Assembly (NCBI GenBank): GCA_013289265.1
Contig: JABDAH010000007.1
Span: forward strand, 1,745 to 65,744
Length of the DNA stretch: 64,000 nucleotides
DNA from: Alphaproteobacteria bacterium
Lineage (GTDB): Bacteria; Pseudomonadota; Alphaproteobacteria; UBA9219
Direction of reading: 5' to 3'
The position numbers and the translations under genes are program-made. The notes beneath the pieces were generated by a model. That model did not search any database, was not told the DNA's origin, and worked only from the letters and a program-made list of their open reading frames with translations. Positions 52,905-61,124 of this stretch are shown piece by piece; within the stretch, counting starts at the first letter, position 1; every line of letters starts with the position of its first letter.

Positions 52905-53734
52905 GCTACCCCTGCCTTTAACTCTGCTTCCATGCGCTGCAAATCCTGTTCAGACGCGCGCTTGGCGTGCCACTCAGTAACACCTTCGGTAAAGCTGATG
53001 CCCTTGCCCTTCAGGGTATTGGCATTGATGAAAAAGGCCTGATTTACAGCCTCCATTTTATCAATAATCTGCCGCAACGCCTCAACATTATGCCCGTCGA
53101 CTGAAGCGCATTGAATGCTGAAATCCTTGATCTTGGCCTCGATCGGCTCAATCGGGCGGATATCCTGCGTGGCGCCAAGTGATAGAAATTTGTTGTTGTC
53201 GAGAATGATCGTTAGCGGGAATTTGTCATCGTGGCTGAGGTGCAGCAAGGCTTCCCAGTTGGAGCCTTCATGCATTTCGCCGTCGCCGAGAATGCAGGTC
53301 ACGCGACCTGACTTGCCAGCAAAGCGCAAGGCACCCGCAAGCCCCATGCTAATGGAAAGCCCGTGCCCCAGAGAGCCCGTTGACCAGCCGATGCCAAGCG
53401 ATGGATCACGCTTGATGTGGCCCATAAAGGCGCCGCCGTCCTTGCAGTAAGTCGCCAGTTTTTCATCCGGGACAATGCCGATGGCATTGAGCAAAGCATA
53501 AACTGCAAGCCCGCAATGGCCCTTACTGAGAACCAAAGTGTTGCGATCGATAAAGTCTTTGAATGAGAGTTTTTTGGCGATGACCGGCGCATAATAGGCC
53601 ACCAATATTTCGGTGACCGAGAAGGAGCCGCCGAAATGCACACTGCCAACGCTACGCGCGGTTTTGATAATATTCAGGCGAGTTTGACGGGCAATTGAGT
53701 CGTACATTTGGAATCGAAATAAGGTCAGTGCCAT
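52901..53734 (-). CDS. Transketolase, N-terminal (TPP-binding) subunit
   Basis: ORF track, 277 aa. Sequence includes HFGGSFSVTEIL..LSKGHCGLAVYA..GSLGHGLSISMGLA..ILGDGEMHEGSNWEA. Confidence 0.85.
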   Translation of the reverse strand: MALTLFRFQMYDSIARQTRLNIIKTARSVGSVHFGGSFSVTEILVAYYAPVIAKKLSFKDFIDRNTLVLSKGHCGLAVYALLNAIGIVPDEKLATYCKDGGAFMGHIKRDPSLGIGWSTGSLGHGLSISMGLAGALRFAGKSGRVTCILGDGEMHEGSNWEALLHLSHDDKFPLTIILDNNKFLSLGATQDIRPIEPIEAKIKDFSIQCASVDGHNVEALRQIIDKMEAVNQAFFINANTLKGKGISFTEGVTEWHAKRASEQDLQRMEAELKAGVA

Positions 53735-53845
53735 AAGGCGAAAGCGTTATAACATGCATGAAAAGGGGCGCAAATCTTATTTAAAACAGCTGCAAATGCG
53801 TAAAACATATTGTGGGAAGCAGGTTAAGTGGTTATAGCATCTGCC

Positions 53846-54595
53846 ATGTCCGGCTATATCAAATTAGAGAATGTTAACGTCTCGGGTGTCGATACGCTGA
53901 CCCGTGCCTCCAGCCTGCGACAATGGTTTATCAAGCGCAAAAGCATGCGCTCGACCCACATTCCCATTTTGCGTGACATCAATTTTACCGCACAGTCAGG
54001 CGACCGAATCGCCCTGATCGGCATGAATGGCAGCGGCAAATCTTCCATGCTCAAGGTTATTTCAGGCAATTACCCTATCGAGTCAGGTACACGCGAGGTG
54101 CAAGGCTCCATCGTGCCTCTGATCGAAATGGGCGCGGGGTTCGAGTCCGAAATCACAGGACGCGCCAATATCAAGCTTTCCTTCGCTTACCGCGGAAGGT
54201 TGCGCGAATACTCGAAAGATCTGGAAGAACAGATCATCGCTTTCTCCGAGCTAGGCGCTAAAATTGATCTACCCCTTAAAACCTATTCATCAGGCATGCA
54301 ATCGCGCCTAGCTTTTTCATCCGCCATTTTTCAGCATCCCGAAATTCTGCTGCTCGACGAAGTGCTGGCGGCAGGTGACGCCGGTTTTTCCGAGAAATCG
54401 ACCAAGCTACTACTCTCCAAAATCGATCAGGCCCAAATCACGATTATCGTCAGCCATAGTCTTGATCAGGTAAAAAAAATCTGTAATCGATTTATTTTGC
54501 TAAGCCAGGGCCGTATTATCAATGACGGAGCCGCCAATGATGTTATCCGTCAATATGAAAAAGATATTTTGGGCCTATCGGAACAGGCTGCCTGA
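53846..54595 (+). CDS. wzt: Polysaccharide-export ABC transporter ATP-binding protein (Wzt/KpsT/TagH type, short form)
   Basis: ORF track 53828..54595 (GTG), with an internal ATG at residue 7. Walker A GMNGSGKSS, signature YSSGMQSRLAF, Walker B ILLLDE. There is no C-terminal extension. Confidence 0.85.
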   Translation: MSGYIKLENVNVSGVDTLTRASSLRQWFIKRKSMRSTHIPILRDINFTAQSGDRIALIGMNGSGKSSMLKVISGNYPIESGTREVQGSIVPLIEMGAGFESEITGRANIKLSFAYRGRLREYSKDLEEQIIAFSELGAKIDLPLKTYSSGMQSRLAFSSAIFQHPEILLLDEVLAAGDAGFSEKSTKLLLSKIDQAQITIIVSHSLDQVKKICNRFILLSQGRIINDGAANDVIRQYEKDILGLSEQAA

Positions 54596-55399
54596 TTAAA
54601 GATAGTAAACGTAGTTCCGTCCGCCGATACGGTAAAGCGTGTAACCGAAAGCCAGTGACAGGCACATAACAATCCAGAGTTTGAGAAGTACGAACGCATC
54701 CGGTATCTGCTGCCTGTAAACCAATGTGATGGAAGGTTCCAACAGGATATAAAGCGGATTCCATTCCATAATTTTCTGTGCTTTTGCGGGCAACATCGTG
54801 ATGGGATAGAGAACAGCGCTAACCCATATAAGCATATTCATTGCAATGATGATCGCGTCCTTGAGGTCCTGCACATAGGGTACGACATAAGCAATGCCCA
54901 CACACAGGCACATCACCGTCAGTAGCACGGGGATGAAATAGAGTGGCAGTAGAAACACATGCCATGACAGCGGCAGCCCAATCAGCAGCGCGATAACGGC
55001 CATCCCGATAAATCCGACCATGTAGCTGTAGGCATTCTTCAGGATATCGGCGACAGGAAAGACCGAAGAAGAAATCATACAACGCTTCAAGGTCTCGGCG
55101 TTCGCAATCAGGGAATAGGTGGACGACGAAAGGCTGACCGACAGGAATGTCCATAAGGGAAGCGTGGCCAAAAGATAGGTAGCGTAAGTACGCGGATCGC
55201 TATGCATGATCGTCGGCATAATCAATGTATAGATGCACATCATGGCGATGGAAGGCAGCAACAGCCACAAAGCTCCCAAAAACGAATTGCGATATTGCCG
55301 TGCCACGCCGCAAGAAGCGATCAGCACCGCCGATCGCCAGTAATAAGGGTTGATAAATAACTTGAATTGCTCGGCAAACTTCAAATTCATGATCAGCAC
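54596..55399 (-). CDS. wzm: ABC-2 type polysaccharide-export permease (Wzm/KpsM type)
   Basis: ORF track, 267 aa (GTG; alternative ATG 9 nt downstream). It has six hydrophobic segments. Sequence includes RQYRNSFLGALWLLL. Its stop abuts the wzt stop. Confidence 0.8.
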   Translation of the reverse strand: MLIMNLKFAEQFKLFINPYYWRSAVLIASCGVARQYRNSFLGALWLLLPSIAMMCIYTLIMPTIMHSDPRTYATYLLATLPLWTFLSVSLSSSTYSLIANAETLKRCMISSSVFPVADILKNAYSYMVGFIGMAVIALLIGLPLSWHVFLLPLYFIPVLLTVMCLCVGIAYVVPYVQDLKDAIIIAMNMLIWVSAVLYPITMLPAKAQKIMEWNPLYILLEPSITLVYRQQIPDAFVLLKLWIVMCLSLAFGYTLYRIGGRNYVYYL

Positions 55400-55455
55400 A
55401 TTTTCCGGAAGTTAAACAATATTGCCTGTCTTTCTATACCCCTTACCTCTTCACT

Positions 55456-56733
55456 TTACGACATTAAACATTGATAGAATTCGCCAAGGATTGTCTGGAA
55501 ATCGAATGTTTTGCCGCATTCTCTGGCTGCCGTTTCCAAGCCCCCGTAGCGATCAAGCACCTGTCGTACGGCGCTTGCCAGATTACCGGGCGTGAAGCTT
55601 TGCACGGCATCCGCCGGTACGGATTTAGCAAACCATGTGGATGCCGGCACCACAGCAACCTTCCCTGCCGCCGTTGCCTGCATCAAAATGCCGGAACTGC
55701 GGCGCCGGTAACGCGCGGCATCGTAAGGCAAAAGGATGATGTCACCCTTCATCAATAGATCGATAAAGGCTTCCTGCGATAAGGCGGTATCATACAAAAA
55801 CACTTGCGACATTTTCTGTAATTTCCGGATAGCGGCTTCCACCTCACCCTCATAAAGATCGGGCGGCACATAACTCTGAAAATGAAATTCCAATTCACTA
55901 AACGCAGGATAGCTGTGCGCTAACTCCTCAAGTAACAAGGGTAACAGTTGAAACCCCTTTTCCGTTCGCGCATCGCCAAGATAAACAAGGGTTTTGGCTG
56001 TGCCCTTGGGCGCGGTAAGTCGCTGGCGGATCAGTGACACATCGCAAATCACAGGTACCGTCTTAACATCGAGGCCGAATTGGTCTCGGTAGGCATCGGC
56101 CAAGGCCCATGTGTCGGCAAAGAAAAACAGCTTCTTGCCCTGCAGATAAGCGAGCGGCGCGAGTGCTTCACAAAGCCCTGTCATGCTCGCTTCTTCCGGC
56201 TCACGCCGCAGCATAACAAGGAGGCGCGGACATTCTTCTATGGCAATACCGGCTAAGGCGGCACTAAGGCTACGCAATTCTTCCGTATGAACCGTCTGGA
56301 TAAAAACAGAGTCATTGCCACCGGCATGGCAGCGACGAATAGCAGCTACACATTCTGCGCCAAATGGCAAAGTTTTGAGTGAAGGAGTAGCGGTATGCAT
56401 TTTCTTAGAAAACGTCAAAAAGCGGCGCAAAAATTTGCCGCCTTTATAAACCGCTTTCATGAAGGCCAGTAGTGAGCGCGGCAGCTTTGAAAAGCGCTGA
56501 TTAATATGTCGATACAAGGCGGGTCGGTAAATATCGGCGCTGGTTAAACTAAACCACGGTATAAAATCGGCGAAGCTGCAAATGAGGGATGTTGAGGCGG
56601 AAGCGTGGGTGAAAACAGATACCTTGTGGTCATATCCACTGAAATATTTTGCAATCGACGTATCATATTCCCAGTAATGACCGCCAAAATTTCGCAGATT
56701 CTGGTCAATGAGTATAAATTGTGAGCTTGTCAT
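55456..56733 (-). CDS. Uncharacterised GT-B-like protein (paralogue of 42075..43280)
   Basis: ORF track, 425 aa. The N-terminus MTSSQFILIDQNLRNFGGHYWEYDTSIAKYF parallels the other copy. The C-terminal region reads IILLPYDAARYRRRSSGILMQATAAGKVAVV. Confidence 0.55.
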   Translation of the reverse strand: MTSSQFILIDQNLRNFGGHYWEYDTSIAKYFSGYDHKVSVFTHASASTSLICSFADFIPWFSLTSADIYRPALYRHINQRFSKLPRSLLAFMKAVYKGGKFLRRFLTFSKKMHTATPSLKTLPFGAECVAAIRRCHAGGNDSVFIQTVHTEELRSLSAALAGIAIEECPRLLVMLRREPEEASMTGLCEALAPLAYLQGKKLFFFADTWALADAYRDQFGLDVKTVPVICDVSLIRQRLTAPKGTAKTLVYLGDARTEKGFQLLPLLLEELAHSYPAFSELEFHFQSYVPPDLYEGEVEAAIRKLQKMSQVFLYDTALSQEAFIDLLMKGDIILLPYDAARYRRRSSGILMQATAAGKVAVVPASTWFAKSVPADAVQSFTPGNLASAVRQVLDRYGGLETAARECGKTFDFQTILGEFYQCLMS

Positions 56734-56760
56734 GTCGCTACGCAGCGCCGCGGATTCGAT

Positions 56761-57828
56761 TTAAGCCACGGAGGAAACAAGTAACGCATCCGGTGCTGCT
56801 GCAGCGGCGGTAAAGTTTTCCCCCGGTAATTGAGCATAGGTCAGGACGGTCGTCCCCTGCATATCAAGGTCAACTTCAAGAATGCGTTCCGGCTCAAAGG
56901 AGCGAATAAAAGATTGACGTTTTTCCGGCGGCACCACGAATAGCAGGAAACCGCCACCGCCCGCACCGCACAGCTTACCGCCGTAGGCGCCACGACGGCG
57001 CCCCTCGTCGTAAAGCTCGTCAATCGCGCTGTTGCTCATAGCGTCTGAAAAACCGCGCTTTCTTTTCCAACCTTCATGCATAAGCTCGCCGAAAGAACGG
57101 ATGAAAGTTTGGGGGCTATCTTCCTCAAGAATTTTCAGCCCTTCCTGAGCCATTTCGTAATAACGCGCCAGATCTTTATCGAGGCTACCACTTTGCGTCG
57201 CCTCCATTTGTTCTTTCAGCACCTGCGGCGCACTACGCGTCTGGCCAGTAAAAACAAGGACGAGAGAATCCAGAAAATAACGCAGACGGTCGGCGGTCAT
57301 CAGAACCGGGCTGATGCGGGTGCGCCCTCCTGTGAGGTAGAAAAAGTTCAGGCCGCCAAAAGCAGCATGCAGCTGATCCTGCACGCCGCAAACATGTTTC
57401 AGCTTATCGCGTTCGAGATCGATCGCCATCTGCGCGATTTGCAATTTGGTCATCGGCTTATTGTTAAGCGTCGCCAACAAATTGATAAGCCCGACCATAA
57501 AACTGCCGGAACTCCCTAACCCCGATTGAGCCGGAAGGTTAGCCAAGGTCGACATATCAAGTGGGTGAGTGTGTTTAAAGGCTTCCAACGCCACGCGCAA
57601 TGCCGGGTGTTTGATGTCACTTATATTCGCCACACGCTCTAACTGAGAATAAGCCAGAGTAAATTCATGGCTTTGGAAAGCGGGACGGCGCAAAGCATTG
57701 ATGTAAATATAGCGGTTGATCGCCATGCCGAGAACGGCGGCTGGCTTATCCATAAAATATTCGGGATAGTCGGTGCCGCCGCCAAAGAAGCTGATCCTTA
57801 AAGGGGTCCGTACTGTAATATAGCCCAT
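56761..57828 (-). CDS. hddA: GHMP-family sugar kinase (D-glycero-D-manno-heptose-7-phosphate kinase, HddA-like)
   Basis: ORF track, 355 aa. N-terminus MGYITVRTPLRISFFGGGTDYPEYF. GHMP motif LPAQSGLGSSGS. Confidence 0.75.
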   Translation of the reverse strand: MGYITVRTPLRISFFGGGTDYPEYFMDKPAAVLGMAINRYIYINALRRPAFQSHEFTLAYSQLERVANISDIKHPALRVALEAFKHTHPLDMSTLANLPAQSGLGSSGSFMVGLINLLATLNNKPMTKLQIAQMAIDLERDKLKHVCGVQDQLHAAFGGLNFFYLTGGRTRISPVLMTADRLRYFLDSLVLVFTGQTRSAPQVLKEQMEATQSGSLDKDLARYYEMAQEGLKILEEDSPQTFIRSFGELMHEGWKRKRGFSDAMSNSAIDELYDEGRRRGAYGGKLCGAGGGGFLLFVVPPEKRQSFIRSFEPERILEVDLDMQGTTVLTYAQLPGENFTAAAAAPDALLVSSVA

Positions 57829-57938
57829 CGCGCAGTCCTGAAAATAAGGCGGAAGCCTTAAAGTTAATCGCCGGGAAAGATAGCCCTAACCCCCATCCTT
57901 GTCGATGATAAGTTACATAAAGCTGGCTTGAAAAGCGC

Positions 57939-58850
57939 CTATACCAGGCCCGAATTAGCAAACCAATCAATGGTTTGCTTTAGCCCCTCCCGCAAAGGGA
58001 TGGGTTTGAAATCCGGCACGATGGTTTTGAGCTTATGAGTATCCAGACATTTGGACTTCGCGCCAACATAACGCGACGTGTCATACTGAATAAGGGCCGG
58101 ATCATAGCCAACACAGGCGCAGATAGATTCCGCAAATTGCCGGATGGTAAACTCCTCACCCGCGCCAATATTGACCAGATCATTTTCCGTCTTGTCATTG
58201 ACCCGAAAGGTTAAATCGATGAAATCGTCAACGAATACGAGTTCGCGTTTCTGGTAACCGTCGCCCCATAGCGTCACTGGCTCACCGAATTTCTTGCCGC
58301 GCAGAATCTTGCGGATCAGATCGAAAATAAAATGCATCTGGCGCGCATCGGTATGATAGCCGGGGCCGTAAAGCGTCGAGGGTATTAGGCATAGGTATCT
58401 CAGACCGTATTGCTTTGATAAAGCCAGCAACCCCGCATAGAGCATGCGTTTGGTCTGGGCATATGTGAACAGGCTGTCGATCGGCGTGCCCGTCATATAG
58501 TTTTCTTCAACCAGTGGCAGGTCGGGATCATAGGAACAGCTGGTGCCCATGCAAACCAGCTTGGCCTGCGGCTGATCTGCCTGCCACCAGGTTAGAACAT
58601 TGGTATTGATCTGCTGATTAATGATCCATTGTTCGCCGGGATGGCGGAGGCAGAAATCACCAGCCTGCGTCCATGCCGCCAGATGAAAAATCTGGTCGTA
58701 TTTCGTTGCTGAAAAGGCCTGCAGCGCATTTTGCTTCGTCAAATCGCATTTCTTGGAGCCAAGACGTTCAACCGCATGGCCTGCCTGCTCTAAACGAATG
58801 CAAAGAGCCGTGCCCATAAAGCCAGTCGCACCGGTGACAAGGATTTTCAC
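57939..58850 (-). CDS. GDP-L-fucose-synthase-like (Fcl-type) epimerase/reductase
   Basis: ORF track, 303 aa (GTG overlapping the upstream stop, with GGAGGA RBS). Sequence includes MKILVTGATGFMG..FHLAAW..LVCMGTSCSYD..YAQTKRM. Confidence 0.65.
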   Translation of the reverse strand: MKILVTGATGFMGTALCIRLEQAGHAVERLGSKKCDLTKQNALQAFSATKYDQIFHLAAWTQAGDFCLRHPGEQWIINQQINTNVLTWWQADQPQAKLVCMGTSCSYDPDLPLVEENYMTGTPIDSLFTYAQTKRMLYAGLLALSKQYGLRYLCLIPSTLYGPGYHTDARQMHFIFDLIRKILRGKKFGEPVTLWGDGYQKRELVFVDDFIDLTFRVNDKTENDLVNIGAGEEFTIRQFAESICACVGYDPALIQYDTSRYVGAKSKCLDTHKLKTIVPDFKPIPLREGLKQTIDWFANSGLV

Positions 58851-60061
58851 GCGGCATCCTCCTTCGGATTGACCGGGAAATAAAACTCCACACCTGCATC
58901 CAGCAATTTCTTATTGTTTGCCAGAATTTCCTTCTTAAAATTCCACGCCAAAACATAATAAACGTCAGGTGGCGTTAGCCTATCATCTTCCATTACCACC
59001 GGAATATGCATGCCAGGCGAATAAAGCCCGTTCCGCAGCGTATTTTTCTCCACCAGATAATCGATATAGTTCGTGCCGACGCCAAAATAATTCAGCATCG
59101 TATTGCCTTTGACCGGCGCGCCCATGCCGTAGATCCGTTTGCCCTCGGCCTTTTTCTTGTTGAGATAAACCAGATTCTCCGCCTTCATCACTTCGATGCG
59201 GCGGGCAAATTCCTGATAGGTCTGGAAATCATTGACATGCGAGTCAGCTTCTTCCTTGCGCATTGCCTGCAGCTGGTCGGAAACAGGGCGCTTACCGCGA
59301 TGACCGACATATCCGATGATCGAACCGCCATGAATGGGCGACAGGCTGGCATCAAACATTTCCAGCCCGTGACGGTTCAGTAATTTTTCGATGGTTTCCA
59401 GCGTGTAGTAAAGCAGATGTTCGTGATAAATCTGATCGAAAGCCAGATTTTCAATAATGCTTTTCATGTACAGGAACTGCACAACAAAAACGCCGTCTTC
59501 CTTCAGGCCGAATTTGATTGCCTCGCATACTGAATGCAGTTCCTCCAGATGAAAGAAAACGCCGGAAGCATTGAAGACATCAAATTGCTTGCCGATGCTT
59601 TGCATTGTTTCGAGGTTAAAGAACGCATTGAGCGTTTCAATTCCGGCATCGTTGGCGATTTTGGCCGTTGTCTTTGATGATTCAACACCGAGAACATCGT
59701 AGCCCAGTTCCTTGAAATGTTTTAGCTGCGTACCATCATTCGAGCCGATATCGAGGATCGATTTCTGCTTCGCACCTGTAAAAAATTTCCGGTCAACATC
59801 CTGCGCGACGCGGTGAAAATGCTGCGACAGTGATTTAGTGACGCCAGATAAATATGTGTGGTCACCAAACATGATTTCTTTTTTAACCGTAAAATCAAGC
59901 TGCGACGTATGGCAATCGTGACAGTACAGGAGCCGCAAAGGATAGAACGGTTCTTTGCCGACATCAGCCTTTTTCAGGAAATTATTGCACCAAGGCTGTT
60001 CGCCAAGGTCAACGGCGAGAGCAAGATTTTTGGAATCGCAAACGCGGCAAATCATCAGCAA
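58847..60061 (-). CDS. Sugar C-methyltransferase (TylCIII-like, N-terminal Zn ribbon plus SAM MTase plus C-methyltransferase C-domain)
   Basis: ORF track, 404 aa. Sequence includes CRVCDS..LLYCHDCHTSQL (Cys4), ILDIGSNDGTQLKHFKELGYDVLGVESS, and a long C-terminal domain. Confidence 0.7.
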   Translation of the reverse strand: MLMICRVCDSKNLALAVDLGEQPWCNNFLKKADVGKEPFYPLRLLYCHDCHTSQLDFTVKKEIMFGDHTYLSGVTKSLSQHFHRVAQDVDRKFFTGAKQKSILDIGSNDGTQLKHFKELGYDVLGVESSKTTAKIANDAGIETLNAFFNLETMQSIGKQFDVFNASGVFFHLEELHSVCEAIKFGLKEDGVFVVQFLYMKSIIENLAFDQIYHEHLLYYTLETIEKLLNRHGLEMFDASLSPIHGGSIIGYVGHRGKRPVSDQLQAMRKEEADSHVNDFQTYQEFARRIEVMKAENLVYLNKKKAEGKRIYGMGAPVKGNTMLNYFGVGTNYIDYLVEKNTLRNGLYSPGMHIPVVMEDDRLTPPDVYYVLAWNFKKEILANNKKLLDAGVEFYFPVNPKEDAA

Positions 60062-60064
60062 GCC

Positions 60065-61003
60065 CTAGACATTCGCATAAACGGAATTACGCAACATGGT
60101 ATAGCCGCGGATCAGCTCATCAATACCGGCATCCAGTGACCAGTCGGGTTTCCAGCCGGTTTTCTCGATCTTGTCGTTCGATACGATATAATCGCGCTTA
60201 TCCGGATCTTCGCCGATTGGCGCTTCCAGATAAACAAAGCCGGGGACATGCTCCTTGATCTTGGCGCAAAGCTGCAGCTTGGACAGGTTGGCGGTAGAAA
60301 GCCCCAGATTATAAGCTTGGCCGACCATCTTGTCGTAATTATCCATGCCGTGGACAAAGGCCTTCACCACATCACGGATATGGATGTAGTTGCGGCGGAA
60401 ATGGCCTTCGAAAATCACCACGGTGCGATCAGTTAGCGCGCGCCAGGTTATATCATTGACCAAAAGATCAAGCCGCATGCGCGGCGCCATACCAAATACA
60501 GTCGCCAGACGGAAAGAAATACCGCGACCACTTTCCAGTACGGCTTGTTCGGCTTCCATCTTTGATGTGCCGTAGAGCGAGATAGGGCGCAGCGGCGTTT
60601 CTTCGGTACAGAGAGCCTCTTTATCACCGATACCGTAGCCTGAATTGGTGGTCGGATAAATCAGGCGCTGATTTTTGCTGACTTTCTTTGCAATCATACG
60701 CACAGCGTCACTATTGATCGTCTGCGCGTTCAGCGGATCGCGCTTGCACAGGGGCGCGCCGACAAGAGCCGCCAAAGGAATGATGATATCAGCCTTGTTC
60801 ATGAGGCTCTGAACCAGCGTCTCATCACGCACATCGCCTTTGACAGGCAGGAAGTGGGGATTGGCGCAGGAAAGCGCCAATGCCGTATCGCCGCGCTGGA
60901 ACGTATCAAGCACCGTAACGGCATAACCTTTGTCTAAAAGCGCCGGAACGAGGATAGAGCCGATATAGCCGGCGCCGCCGGTAACCAGTACATTTTGTGG
61001 CAT
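60065..61003 (-). CDS. Extended-SDR NAD-dependent epimerase/dehydratase
   Basis: ORF track 60065..61096. I start it at the internal ATG (residue 32, MPQNVLVTGGAGYIGSIL). Sequence includes YGTSKMEAE (YxxxK). Confidence 0.75.
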   Translation of the reverse strand: MPQNVLVTGGAGYIGSILVPALLDKGYAVTVLDTFQRGDTALALSCANPHFLPVKGDVRDETLVQSLMNKADIIIPLAALVGAPLCKRDPLNAQTINSDAVRMIAKKVSKNQRLIYPTTNSGYGIGDKEALCTEETPLRPISLYGTSKMEAEQAVLESGRGISFRLATVFGMAPRMRLDLLVNDITWRALTDRTVVIFEGHFRRNYIHIRDVVKAFVHGMDNYDKMVGQAYNLGLSTANLSKLQLCAKIKEHVPGFVYLEAPIGEDPDKRDYIVSNDKIEKTGWKPDWSLDAGIDELIRGYTMLRNSVYANV

Positions 61004-61124
61004 GAATGTCGTCCAAAAGATAAGAAGAACAGCCTGTTTCCAGGCCCTAAATAGTCTCAGCAGGGTTAGAATAACGCCGAAAGACTGGCAAGTCATTATT
61101 ATCAGTTCTTGGCCTTAAAGGCGG

